Origin: Nannocystis bainbridge
Lineage (GTDB): Bacteria; Myxococcota_A; Polyangia; Nannocystales; Nannocystaceae
Reading direction: 5' to 3'
DNA length: 64,000 nucleotides
Assembly: GCF_028368995.1 (NCBI RefSeq)
Contig: NZ_JAQNDL010000002.1
Coordinates: forward strand, 1,056,001 to 1,120,000
Positions within the stretch are counted from its first letter, which is position 1. Each line of letters starts with the position of its first letter. The translations under genes and the position numbers were made by a program. Under the pieces are notes generated by a model. The model made no database searches. It was given only the letters and a program-made list of their open reading frames with translations, and was not told the origin of the DNA. This document shows positions 43,847-55,009 of the stretch, in pieces.

Positions 43847-43863
43847 GCGTGAGGCGGCAGCTC

Positions 43864-45129
43864 TCAGGCGCGGCGGCGGGTGGCGGCCGGCTTGGCGTCG
43901 CTCGGATTGTCGCGGCTCTGGGCCGGCTTGGCGTCGGGCAGCTTGCCCTGGAGGTCCTTCATCAGGTCGCCGAGGCTACCGAGGCCCTTGCTGCCGCCGG
44001 CGCCCTTCTTGGCCTCCTTGGCGAAGGTCTTGTAGGCGGTGCGCTCTTCGGCCGCCGCGACGCCCTGGATGCTGAAGCGGAGCTTGCCCTCGCCGCCGCC
44101 GCGGCCGAGCATCACGACTTCGACGTCCTTGCCGACGGGGAAGGCGCGCCGCGGATCGGCGTTGGGCGGCAGGCCGAGCTCGCTGAGCGGCACCAGGCCG
44201 CGACCGGCCTCGGTGTCGACGAACACGCCGAAGTTGGTGACCTGGCCGACCTTGCCCGCCAGCACCTGCTCGGTAGCGGCGGAGGTGGTGGGCTCGCTCG
44301 TCTGATCGGCCGACTTCATCGACAGGCTGATCTTGAGGTCGGTCGGGCTGGTGCCGCGCGGCTCGACGGCCAGCACGCGCACCTTGACCGACTCGCCGAT
44401 CTTGATCACGTCGTCGATCTTGTCGACGCGGCCGTGGCCGAGCTCGGAGATGTGGATCATGCCCTCGATGCCGCCGAGGTCGACGAAGGCGCCGTAGGGC
44501 TGGATCGTCTGGACGATGCCCTCGAGCTCGGCGCCGACGACGAGGCGCTCGCGCACCGCCTTGGCCTGGTTCTCGCGCTCGTCCTTGAGGACGGCCTTGC
44601 GCGAGACGATGACCGAGCGGCCGCCGTCGCGGATCTCGATGACCTTGAAGAACTGCTTGGTGCCGACGAAGCGCTCGAGGTCCTGGGCGAAGCCGAGGTC
44701 GACCTGCGAGGCGGGGCAGAACGCGCGCACGCTGCCGAGCTCGACCTCGAGGCCGGCCTTGACGGCCTTGGTGACGGTGGCCTCGACGGGCACGCCGCTC
44801 TGCAGCGCGAGGTCCAGCGACTGCGTGTCGATGCCGCCCCTGCCGATGGCGACGACCAGCTGGATGCCGCCCGACACGGACGCGACCGTGGCGCGCAGCT
44901 TGTCGCCGATCTTGACCTTGAGGTTGCCTTCTTTGTCGAGGAGCTGGGCGCGTTCGATCCGCCCCTCGCTCTTGGCACCGATGTCGAGGAACACGCTGTC
45001 GGCACCGATCTCGACCACCGGACCCTCGACGAGCTGTCCGGGGCGCACGCGCTTGCTCAGCCTGGCGCGCGTCTGCGCACCCTGGGCTTCAAACATCGCG
45101 GCGAAGTCTTCATCTTGCTGCTGGGCCAT
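43864..45129 (-). CDS. S1 RNA-binding-domain protein (RpsA-like, about 4 S1 repeats)
   Basis: DFAAMFE, FLDIGAKSEG, RAFCPASQV, YGAFVDLGGIEGMIHISEL, FGVFVD; shorter than a 6-domain RpsA. Confidence 0.88.
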   Translation of the reverse strand: MAQQQDEDFAAMFEAQGAQTRARLSKRVRPGQLVEGPVVEIGADSVFLDIGAKSEGRIERAQLLDKEGNLKVKIGDKLRATVASVSGGIQLVVAIGRGGIDTQSLDLALQSGVPVEATVTKAVKAGLEVELGSVRAFCPASQVDLGFAQDLERFVGTKQFFKVIEIRDGGRSVIVSRKAVLKDERENQAKAVRERLVVGAELEGIVQTIQPYGAFVDLGGIEGMIHISELGHGRVDKIDDVIKIGESVKVRVLAVEPRGTSPTDLKISLSMKSADQTSEPTTSAATEQVLAGKVGQVTNFGVFVDTEAGRGLVPLSELGLPPNADPRRAFPVGKDVEVVMLGRGGGEGKLRFSIQGVAAAEERTAYKTFAKEAKKGAGGSKGLGSLGDLMKDLQGKLPDAKPAQSRDNPSDAKPAATRRRA

Positions 45130-45219
45130 GGGGGGCCAAGCTTGGCAAAGCCGACCTCGCGGGACAAGTGCCGGGGCCTCACAAGACGGCGGCTTCGGGG
45201 CGCGCCGTGAGCCACGCAC

Positions 45220-46686
<1,467 letters not shown>

Positions 46687-46808
46687 TCGTCGACTGACTC
46701 GGGAGTGTATCGCCTCGGCGGCCACGCCACCATCGGCGCGTGGAGTAGGCTCAATTTCGCGTATCCGGGCGAATCCACGGCGGTGGGGGCGAGCGGCGGC
46801 GCCGCCTC

Positions 46809-47804
46809 TCAAATGCCGTGAAAGCTGATGAAAGGGTCGGGCGGGTCGCTCTGGCCGGCCTTGAGGTCGAGGTGCAGGTGATTGGCGTGTGCCCGGTCGT
46901 GATCCGGTGTAAGCAGGGTATGTACGAGCCCGCCCTGGGCCGCGACGCAGACCAGGCCGAGGAGGAGCTCCGAGGCCGGCGCCCCCGAGGCCGGCGTGGC
47001 GCCGGGCCCGGTCTCCCGCGGACCCGGGCAGCGGCGCAGCTTCCGGCGCGGATAATGATCCTCGACCGTGGCGGCGGGGTCGCTGCCCCGCCGCAGCGCG
47101 TAAAGATCGAGCGCGAGGCCGAGGTTGTGCTGACTCTTCGGCTTCTGCTGCACGATCTTGCCCCGGCGCAGGGCGGAAAAATACTGCACCTCGGTGACGC
47201 CCCGGGCGTGCAGCCACTCGGCCAGGGGCACCACGGCGGCGACCAGGCGACAGTCCCAAATCGCGTGGGCGTCGCGCTCGAGATCGGAGCTCCACGGGAT
47301 CGTGAAGGCGACGCCCGCGATCGGGCCGCGCAGACGCACGGGGATCGCGACCTCGGGCGCTTCGTCGCGACGGAGCACGGCGAACTCGACCTCGCGCTCG
47401 CGCAAGTAGTCGTGACAGCGGGCGGCGTTCATCGCCATCAGCGCGGTCGCGTCGACGCCCGGGGTCGGGCCCGCGGGCGGCCACGCGGGCGGCGGCGCGC
47501 GCGACGGCTCGGGGCTCGCCGGCGCGGCCGGGCGGGGGCGGGGACGCGACGCGCTCGGCCGCGGTTCCGTCTGTCCCTGAGGACCTGTCTCCTTGCACCT
47601 GGCGCTTGCGACCTGTACCAGAGCGCGATTGCCCGCGTAGCCGCTCGGGCAATCGGGCGGGCGGACGGCGGGCAGGCGCCAGCGCGGGGCGTTCGACCAC
47701 CCGACTCGCCCGCCGGCGGCGTCGGCGTTGGTGGGCACGAGCAGGGCGCCGAGCAGCACGACCCTCAAGGTAGTCCTCCAGGCGCCTTTGTATGCCGATG
47801 TCAT
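46809..47804 (-). CDS. Extensin-like C-terminal domain protein, exported
   Basis: Signal peptide; PVRLRGPIAGV, DCRL, SQHNLGLALD, TPDHDRAHANHLHLD. Confidence 0.8.
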   Translation of the reverse strand: MTSAYKGAWRTTLRVVLLGALLVPTNADAAGGRVGWSNAPRWRLPAVRPPDCPSGYAGNRALVQVASARCKETGPQGQTEPRPSASRPRPRPAAPASPEPSRAPPPAWPPAGPTPGVDATALMAMNAARCHDYLREREVEFAVLRRDEAPEVAIPVRLRGPIAGVAFTIPWSSDLERDAHAIWDCRLVAAVVPLAEWLHARGVTEVQYFSALRRGKIVQQKPKSQHNLGLALDLYALRRGSDPAATVEDHYPRRKLRRCPGPRETGPGATPASGAPASELLLGLVCVAAQGGLVHTLLTPDHDRAHANHLHLDLKAGQSDPPDPFISFHGI

Positions 47805-47906
47805 ACCTCGCAGGATTGTGAGGCAAGCCGCGACCTCAAGCAAAAAAAACCCAGCCCGGGGCTCTCAGGTCGGGGCTAGGCTGACCGTCGAGGTCGCCCG
47901 GAAGCC

Positions 47907-50900
47907 ATGCCCAGCGTCGATCCTAAGCAAGAGACCCCTGTAAACCCGGTTTCAAACGGAGAAAATGGGCGCTACGCCGCGCACCACAAGATCCGCGTCG
48001 TGACGGCCGCCGCCCTGTTCGACGGCCACGACGCCGCGATCGGGGTGATGCGGCGGGTGCTCCAGTCGGGCGGCGCGGAGGTGATCCATCTCGGACACAA
48101 CCGCGGGGCCGAGGAGGTCGTCGACGCGGCGATCCAGGAGGATGCGCAGGCGATCGCGGTCAGCTCGTATCAGGGCGGCCACATCGAATACTTCAAGTAC
48201 ATGGTCGACCTCCTGCGCCAAAAGGGGGCCGGTCACATCACTGTGTGGGGCGGCGGCGGCGGCGTCATCGTCCCGCGCGAGATCGAGGAGCTGCACGCGT
48301 ACGGGGTGCAGCGCATCTTCAGCCCCGAGGACGGGCGGCGCCACGGGCTCACCGGGATGATCGACATGATCCTCGCGGGCGCCGATTTTGCGACCGCGCC
48401 GGCCGATCCGCTGGCGGAGTTCGCGGCCTTGCGGGCGCCCGGGGCGCTGACGGCCGCCGATCACAAGAGTCGGCTCGCGCGCCTGATGACGGCGGTCGAG
48501 GCCGCGGTCGCGGCCGGCGGCGAGCAGCCGCTGCTCGACGCGCTGCGCGCCGACGACGGCAAGGCGAGTGCGCCCGTGCTCGGCATCACCGGCACCGGCG
48601 GCGCCGGCAAGTCGTCGCTCACCGACGAGCTGCTGGCGCGGCTGCTGCGGGACCACGCCGATCGCCGGATCGCAGTGGTCTCGGTCGACCCGACGCGGCG
48701 GCGCACCGGCGGCGCGCTGCTCGGCGACCGCATCCGCATGAACGCGCTGCGCGACCCACGGGTGATGATGCGCAGCCTGGCGACCCGCGCGGCCGGGGTC
48801 GAGCTGTCGCGCGCGACCGACGACATCGTGCGGCTGCTGCAGCGCGTCGGCTACGATCTGGTGATCGTCGAGACGTCGGGCATCGGTCAGGGCGACGCCG
48901 AAGTGACGCGAATCGCCGACCTCTGCCTTTACGTGATGACCGCCGAGTACGGCGCACCCAGTCAGCTCGAGAAGATCGAGATGCTCGACGTGGCGCAATT
49001 CATCGCCATCAACAAGTTCGAGCACAAGGGCAGCAAGGACGCCCTCCGCGACGTCCGCAAGCAGGTCCGGCGCAACCGCGACATCCCGTATTCGCTGCCC
49101 GACGAGCAGTTGCCGGTGTTCGGCACCGTCGCCAGTCGATTCTTCGATCGCGGCGTCAACGGGCTGTACGCGGCGCTGTGCGGGGCGCTCAGCGAGCGGC
49201 GGCCGGACGCGCCGTGGTCGTGCTCGATCCCGGCGGAGCTGCGCGCGCCGATCTCGGACATCAGCGATTTGATCGCGTCGGAGCGCCAGCATTACCTGGC
49301 CGAGATCGTGCGCCAGGTCCGCGGATACAAGGCGCGGGTCAAGCGGCAGGTCCAGCTCGCGCGCGAGATCGGGGCGCTGACGACGGCCCAGCGGCTGCTC
49401 GCCGACGAGGCTGATTCACCGGCGTTCGCCCGCAAGCTCGAGGAGCTGCGCGGCCAGCTCGACTCCGACACGCGGCGGGCGCTCGAGGAGCTGCCGAAGC
49501 TGTTCGCGGCCTACCGCGAGCCGGAGTTCGTGGTGAAGATCCGGCAGTCGACCGTGCGCTATCCGACCCAGGTGCAGACGCTGTCGGGCACCCAGCAGCC
49601 GCGCGTCGCGGTCCCGCGCGACGACGAGCCGGGCGCGCTGGTGCGGTTCGGATTGCTCGAGAACCTGCCGGGCTACTTCCCGTTCACCGGCGGCGTGTTC
49701 CCGTTCAAGCGCGAGGGCGAGGACCCCAAGCGGATGTTCGCCGGTGAGGGCGGGCCGGCCCGCACCAACGAGCGCTTCCACTATTTGTCGGCGGGCGAGC
49801 CGGCCAAGCGGCTGTCGACGGCCTTCGACTCGGTGACGCTGTACGGCTGGGACCCCGACGAGCGGCCGGACGTGTTCGGCAAGATCGGCGAGAGCGGCGT
49901 CAGCATCTGCACGCTCGAGGACGCCAAGCTGCTCTACAGCGGCTTCGACCTGTGCGATCCGGCGACGTCGGTGAGCATGACGATCAACGGACCGGCGCCG
50001 ATCCTGCTGGCGTTCTACATGAACACCGCGATCGATCAGCAGGTCGAGCGCGAGCAGCAGAAGCTGGGCCGCGCGGTCACCGAGGCCGAGCGGACCGCGA
50101 TCGCCGATCGCACGCTGCAGGTCGTGCGCGGCACGGTGCAGGCCGACATCCTCAAAGAGGACCAGGCGCAGAACACCTGCATCTTCTCGATCGAGTTCGC
50201 GCTGCGGATGATGGGAGACATCCAGCAGTACTTCATTCAGAAGAAGGTGCGGAACTACTACTCGGTGTCGATCAGCGGCTATCACATCGCCGAGGCGGGG
50301 GCGAACCCCATCACCCAGCTGGCGTTCACGCTGTCGAACGGGTTCACGTTCGTCGAGTACTACCGGGCCCGCGGCCTCGGCATCGACGACTTCGCGCCCA
50401 ACCTGAGCTTCTTCTTCTCGAACGGCCTCGACAGCGAGTACACGGTCATCGGCCGGGTCGCGCGCCGGATCTGGGCCATCGCCCTGCGCGACCTCTACGG
50501 CGCCGACGAGCGCAGCCAGAAGCTGAAATATCACATCCAGACGTCCGGCCGTTCGCTGCATGCGATGGAGATCGACTTCAACGACATCCGCACGACGCTG
50601 CAGGCGCTGTTCGCCTACTACGATCACTGCAATAGCCTGCACACCAACGCCTACGACGAGGCGATCACGACGCCGACCGAGGCGAGCGTGCGGCGGGCCA
50701 TGGCGATCCAGCTCATCATCACCCGCGAGCAGGGCCTGGCCAAGACGGAGAACATGCTGCAGGGCAGCTATATCGTCGACGAGCTGACCGAACTGGTGGA
50801 AGAGGCGGTGCTCGCCGAATTCCTCCGACTCGACGAGCGCGGCGGAGTGCTCGGCGCGATGGAGCGACAATACCAGCGAGGGAAGATCCAGGACGAAAGC

Positions 50901-51233
50901 CTGCTCTATGAACAGCGCAAGCATTCGGGGGATCTCCCGATCATCGGTGTGAACACGTTCATCAACCCCAACCGGACGGGTGACGAGGAGGCTGCCGGCC
51001 TCAACCTGACGCGCGCGAGCCACGCCGAGAAGACGGCTCAGATCGACCGTCTACGGGCGTTTCAGGCCCGAAACGCCGAGGCGGCACCGGCGGCGCTCGA
51101 GCGGCTGCGACAAGTCGCGTTGTCGGGTGGCAACACTTTCGCGGCGCTTATGGAGACTGCACGAGTCTGCAGTTTGGGACAGATCTCCAGGGCGTTGTTC
51201 GAGGTTGGCGGCGAGTATCGTCGGTCGATGTGA
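47907..51233 (+). CDS. icmF: Fused isobutyryl-CoA mutase/GTPase chaperone
   Basis: B12-binding LFDGHDA, GITGTGGAGKSS MeaB-like GTPase, RMFAGEG, RLSTAFD, GTVQADILKE, SLHTNAYDEA. Confidence 0.96.
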   Translation: MPSVDPKQETPVNPVSNGENGRYAAHHKIRVVTAAALFDGHDAAIGVMRRVLQSGGAEVIHLGHNRGAEEVVDAAIQEDAQAIAVSSYQGGHIEYFKYMVDLLRQKGAGHITVWGGGGGVIVPREIEELHAYGVQRIFSPEDGRRHGLTGMIDMILAGADFATAPADPLAEFAALRAPGALTAADHKSRLARLMTAVEAAVAAGGEQPLLDALRADDGKASAPVLGITGTGGAGKSSLTDELLARLLRDHADRRIAVVSVDPTRRRTGGALLGDRIRMNALRDPRVMMRSLATRAAGVELSRATDDIVRLLQRVGYDLVIVETSGIGQGDAEVTRIADLCLYVMTAEYGAPSQLEKIEMLDVAQFIAINKFEHKGSKDALRDVRKQVRRNRDIPYSLPDEQLPVFGTVASRFFDRGVNGLYAALCGALSERRPDAPWSCSIPAELRAPISDISDLIASERQHYLAEIVRQVRGYKARVKRQVQLAREIGALTTAQRLLADEADSPAFARKLEELRGQLDSDTRRALEELPKLFAAYREPEFVVKIRQSTVRYPTQVQTLSGTQQPRVAVPRDDEPGALVRFGLLENLPGYFPFTGGVFPFKREGEDPKRMFAGEGGPARTNERFHYLSAGEPAKRLSTAFDSVTLYGWDPDERPDVFGKIGESGVSICTLEDAKLLYSGFDLCDPATSVSMTINGPAPILLAFYMNTAIDQQVEREQQKLGRAVTEAERTAIADRTLQVVRGTVQADILKEDQAQNTCIFSIEFALRMMGDIQQYFIQKKVRNYYSVSISGYHIAEAGANPITQLAFTLSNGFTFVEYYRARGLGIDDFAPNLSFFFSNGLDSEYTVIGRVARRIWAIALRDLYGADERSQKLKYHIQTSGRSLHAMEIDFNDIRTTLQALFAYYDHCNSLHTNAYDEAITTPTEASVRRAMAIQLIITREQGLAKTENMLQGSYIVDELTELVEEAVLAEFLRLDERGGVLGAMERQYQRGKIQDESLLYEQRKHSGDLPIIGVNTFINPNRTGDEEAAGLNLTRASHAEKTAQIDRLRAFQARNAEAAPAALERLRQVALSGGNTFAALMETARVCSLGQISRALFEVGGEYRRSM

Positions 51234-51325
51234 GGACTGAGGATGCAGGTCAGGTGGGATGAAATTGCCTGTGACTGTGCAAATAGATTCCATCGTGTCC
51301 AAAGTCTTGTGCTAGCCTGGACGCC

Positions 51326-51877
51326 ATGTCCAAGTACGACGTGTCCCTGGTGTCCGCGGTCGAAGGCCGCAAGCGCCAGATCCTCGTGGATCTGCTGCGC
51401 CAGAACTCCGAGCTGACGCTCGGCGAACTGCATCAATTGTCGAAGGGCGAGCTCGGAAAGCTCCTCAGCTCGATCACCGTCCAGGAGCTCCTCCATGGCG
51501 AGAGCGGCGCCCGCGAGTCCGCGTCGATCGAGCCCGCGCGCGGCGGCCGTCCCGGCAAGCCCGGTCGCAAGCCGGTGGCGAAAGCGCCCGAGGCCAAGTC
51601 CACCAAGGAGACCGCCGCGCCCGCCAAGTCCGGCAAGGGCGCCAAGGCTGAGCCCGCTGCCGAGGTGAACACGCGCACCCCGACGGGCCGCGATGCGTTC
51701 GACAAGGGCGTGCTCGAGGTGCTCAAGAGCATCGGCGGTCCCGCCGGTGCCGGGGAGATCCAGCGTCGCGTCGGTGGCACCAACATGCAGGTTCGTTCGG
51801 CGGTCAACCGCCTGATCGAGGCCGGCCAGGTGACCTGGACCGGCAAGGCCCGCGGCACCCGTTATCGCGTCGCCTGA
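51326..51877 (+). CDS. Putative DNA-binding protein: helical N-terminus, Lys/Ala/Pro linker, C-terminal winged HTH
   Basis: GAGEIQRRVGGTNMQVRSAVNRLIEAGQVTWTGKARGTRY wHTH pattern; AT-richer upstream region. Confidence 0.78.
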   Translation: MSKYDVSLVSAVEGRKRQILVDLLRQNSELTLGELHQLSKGELGKLLSSITVQELLHGESGARESASIEPARGGRPGKPGRKPVAKAPEAKSTKETAAPAKSGKGAKAEPAAEVNTRTPTGRDAFDKGVLEVLKSIGGPAGAGEIQRRVGGTNMQVRSAVNRLIEAGQVTWTGKARGTRYRVA

Positions 51878-51996
51878 GCACGACGGTTCTTTGGCATCGC
51901 TGGAGCCGGTCGCACAGTCGCCAAGAGCGACCGCGCGATCGGCTTCGTCGCGACCGGCGTTGCGCAGATCGTTGCACAGGTCCCACCGGGCCGAGG

Positions 51997-52932
51997 TTGC
52001 GCTACGCTGCCGTTGTGGGACGCCCGACCCGAACCTCCGTCCAACTGTCCACCCTCGCCGCAATCGTCGCCCTGGCGGCCGGCTGTTCGCGTGAGCCCAA
52101 GGGCGCGACCGCGGGCGTGGACTCGACCACGACGACGACGCAGACGAGCTCCGGCAGCGAGACTTCGTCAGCCACGAGCCCGACCAGTACGACGACTTCG
52201 ACTTCGGAGGCCCCGCCGACGACGACGATGGGGGTCGACGACATGGGCAGCGTCGGTGGTCAGTGCAACCTGTTCATGCAGGACTGCCCGCTCGATCAAA
52301 AGTGCACGGCGTGGAACGAGGACGGCGGGCCGTTCCCCAACGGCACCCGCTGCGTGCCGGTCGACCTCAATCCGGCGCTGCCCGGCGAGGACTGTGTGGT
52401 CCCGGGCAAGTTCGGTGACGGCATCGACAACTGCGCTCGCGGCTCGATCTGCCTCGACCTCGAGAACACCGGCAAGGCGACGTGCGTGGCCTACTGCACC
52501 GGCAACATGGACGCGCCGAATTGCCCGAAGCCCGAGGACCGCTGCGCGTTCCTGTTCGAGCCGACGGTCCCGGTGTGCTTCAGCAAGTGCGACCCGCTGC
52601 TGCAGGACTGCAGCCCCGGCGAGACCTGCGTGCCCAACGAGGCCGCTCTCGGCGCCCCGCACTTCGTCTGCATGCCGCGCGTGTTCCCCGACCTCGGCAA
52701 GTACGGTGATTCATGCTACGCGCTGTCGGGCTGCGATCCGGGCAACCTCTGCATCTTCGGCGAGAATCTGCCGAGCTGCAAAACCCCGTACTGCTGCTCG
52801 GTGTGGTGCGACCTCGAATCGCCGGACTCCTGCCTCGACTACGATCCGACGCTGAGCTGCGTCCAGTGGTTCCAGGAGGGCGGGGCGACGCCCGGCTACG
52901 AGAACGTCGGCATCTGCGGCATCATGCAGTGA
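51997..52932 (+). CDS. Cys-rich lipoprotein with Thr-rich linker
   Basis: LAAGC lipobox; CNLFMQDCPLDQKC and CDPLLQDCSPGETC repeats; ends NVGICG. Confidence 0.82.
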   Translation: MRYAAVVGRPTRTSVQLSTLAAIVALAAGCSREPKGATAGVDSTTTTTQTSSGSETSSATSPTSTTTSTSEAPPTTTMGVDDMGSVGGQCNLFMQDCPLDQKCTAWNEDGGPFPNGTRCVPVDLNPALPGEDCVVPGKFGDGIDNCARGSICLDLENTGKATCVAYCTGNMDAPNCPKPEDRCAFLFEPTVPVCFSKCDPLLQDCSPGETCVPNEAALGAPHFVCMPRVFPDLGKYGDSCYALSGCDPGNLCIFGENLPSCKTPYCCSVWCDLESPDSCLDYDPTLSCVQWFQEGGATPGYENVGICGIMQ

Positions 52933-52936
52933 CGCG

Positions 52937-54049
52937 TCACGGCGCCTCGATCGCCGCCGGCGTGCAGTCCGGCGGCGCCGTGCGCGGGTTGCAGCGCGAC
53001 GGCATGCCACCCGGGATGGCGAACACGTAGTCGTACTTGTCGCCGCCGGGCGGCGGATAGTCGGTGCTGATGAAGTGCGCGCCGCTGGCCAGCGCCGCCG
53101 CGCCGCGCGAGAGGTCGCCGGCGCTCGGCTCGATGTTGTCGGCGTCGGCGCGGGTGCGCACGAGGTGGCCGGCCGCCACCGCGGCGTCGATGCGCGCGGC
53201 GTCGCCGACCGGATCGTTGAGCGAGTGGACCGCCGCGAACGGCAGCGTGAGGTCGCCGAACGCGTCAGGGAACAGGAGCCGCCCCGCGGTCCCGCCCGCC
53301 GTGTAGGCCTCACGCCACTTGCCGCCGTCGTGCAGGACCAGCAGCAGCTTGCCGCGCGCGTCGTCGATCGCCGGCCAGCCCCCCGCGGCCACGCCGTCGC
53401 GCAGATTGGCAGCAGCACCCTGGACGTCGTCGGGCACGATCAATCGCTCCTCGGGCCAGATCGACAGGACCTGTGATTCGAGGGTCGCCAGCAGCTCCTG
53501 GGCGGCGGGCGGATCGAACGCGCTCTTGAGCTCGAGCATGACGTAGAGCGGGTGATGCGAGGGATGTCCTTCGGACCATGTCCTCAAGGTCATCAAGCAG
53601 TCGACCAGGGTGGGGCAGGTCGAGGCGGTGTCGAGCAGGTCGATGTGATAGACGGCGATCGGCTCGCCGACGCCGGTAAACCACAGATCGAGCTCGAACT
53701 TGCGGACGCCCTGATCCCCGAGCTGCTGGTCGAGCGGGAGATGGGTGTAGTCCCACTCCTTGATCAGACTGCCAGGCGACAGGTGATAGCTGTTGTGAGT
53801 CCCGAGCGCCTGGAGCTGGTGCAGCCGCAGGCGGCCGTCCGGGGCGTCGCCGGTGGTGGTGGTCGGCGCGGTCCCACCGGTGCCGGTGCTTGTGTCTCCG
53901 GTGGTGCCGGTCGAACCGATGATGCCGGTCGAACCGGTGGCGCCGGTCGAACCAGTGGTGCCACCAGCGCCGTCGGTGGTGGCGCCGGCGGGCGCGCTGC
54001 AAGCGGCGAGGGTGCACACGATCCAGCCCAGCGACCCGAGGCGCGTCAT
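52937..54049 (-). CDS. Ca-dependent phosphoinositide phospholipase C-like lipoprotein
   Basis: LAAC lipobox; GTHNSYH, GVRKFELD, VYH, HLVRTRAD, SGAHFISTDY. Confidence 0.85.
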   Translation of the reverse strand: MTRLGSLGWIVCTLAACSAPAGATTDGAGGTTGSTGATGSTGIIGSTGTTGDTSTGTGGTAPTTTTGDAPDGRLRLHQLQALGTHNSYHLSPGSLIKEWDYTHLPLDQQLGDQGVRKFELDLWFTGVGEPIAVYHIDLLDTASTCPTLVDCLMTLRTWSEGHPSHHPLYVMLELKSAFDPPAAQELLATLESQVLSIWPEERLIVPDDVQGAAANLRDGVAAGGWPAIDDARGKLLLVLHDGGKWREAYTAGGTAGRLLFPDAFGDLTLPFAAVHSLNDPVGDAARIDAAVAAGHLVRTRADADNIEPSAGDLSRGAAALASGAHFISTDYPPPGGDKYDYVFAIPGGMPSRCNPRTAPPDCTPAAIEAP

Positions 54050-54067
54050 GCCGCGATCGTACCGACG

Positions 54068-54808
54068 TCAGTACACGCAGTCGAGCGTGGCCTCGTGGAC
54101 CAGCGATAGCTCGACGCCGCCGCTCTCGAAGGTGAGGTCGAGCCGGTAGGGCTGGTTGCAGAAGCCGCAGCCGGGGGTCGGCGCACCCTTCTGTTTCATC
54201 TGCTCCTGCGCGAGCGTCTGGCCGGCGCCGACAGGGCCGCTCTCGTCCGGGAGCACGGTGATGTCGTGGACGCTCGGCACGTCGTCCGGAGACAGGGTGA
54301 TGGTCGCCTTCGTCAGCTCGGCCGAGCCCGTCGCCAGGCCCTGGCTATTGTCGTAGACGACGGTCCACCAGGCGAGGATGCTGTCAGGATCGACGATGGG
54401 TTGGCAATTGGCGTAGAGGAGGACGTCCTTGAGCTCGAGCGCCAGCGGCTCACCCACGGGCGCGTCGGTCGTCGAGCTGTCCGAAGTGCCAGACGAGGTG
54501 GTGTCGACCTCGGTGGTGCTGCCTTCGGTGGAGGTGGTCGCCACGCCTGTGTCAGTGGCGTCGGTCGTGCTGGTGCTGGTCGTCGAATCGGCGGTGTCGA
54601 TGCCGGTGGTCTCGCCCATGCTCTCGCCGGTCGAATCGGTGGAGGTGGTCGTGGTGCCGGTGGTCGGGCCCGTGGTCGGGCCGGGATCGGTGGAGCCGCC
54701 GGTGGTGGTGTCGGTCGAGGCCCCGGTGCCGGTCGAGGCGCTGCCGCTGTCACCGCATGCGGTGCCGAGGATGACGATGAATAGGCCAAGGTTCGCGCGG
54801 AGTTTCAT
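54068..54808 (-). CDS. Lipoprotein with Thr/Ser-rich linker
   Basis: MKLRANLGLFIVILGTAC lipobox; small C-terminal domain with four Cys. Confidence 0.78.
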   Translation of the reverse strand: MKLRANLGLFIVILGTACGDSGSASTGTGASTDTTTGGSTDPGPTTGPTTGTTTTSTDSTGESMGETTGIDTADSTTSTSTTDATDTGVATTSTEGSTTEVDTTSSGTSDSSTTDAPVGEPLALELKDVLLYANCQPIVDPDSILAWWTVVYDNSQGLATGSAELTKATITLSPDDVPSVHDITVLPDESGPVGAGQTLAQEQMKQKGAPTPGCGFCNQPYRLDLTFESGGVELSLVHEATLDCVY

Positions 54809-55009
54809 GCCCGCGGAGGGTGGCAGCGCGAACCGGGCCGGGCAAGCGCACACCCCGAGCACCGTCGTTCCGCGGGAGATCGCCCCGCGTCCTCAAGCGC
54901 GCATCGACGCACTCGATCGGCGTCTCCGCGTGTGTAAGCATGAGCCCCGCCTCCGCGTTTGCATAGCGTTTCCGCTCCCCCCTTCACCCGAATGTGAATC
55001 GAGCGCTCC

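Noticed and set aside
36186-43860. tRNA-anchored genomic island or prophage
   Set aside because: I saw no integrase, no duplicated tRNA 3' end and no phage genes.
43864-45129. Calling this gene rpsA
   Set aside because: It has only about four S1 domains with a divergent tail, so it is more likely a paralogue.
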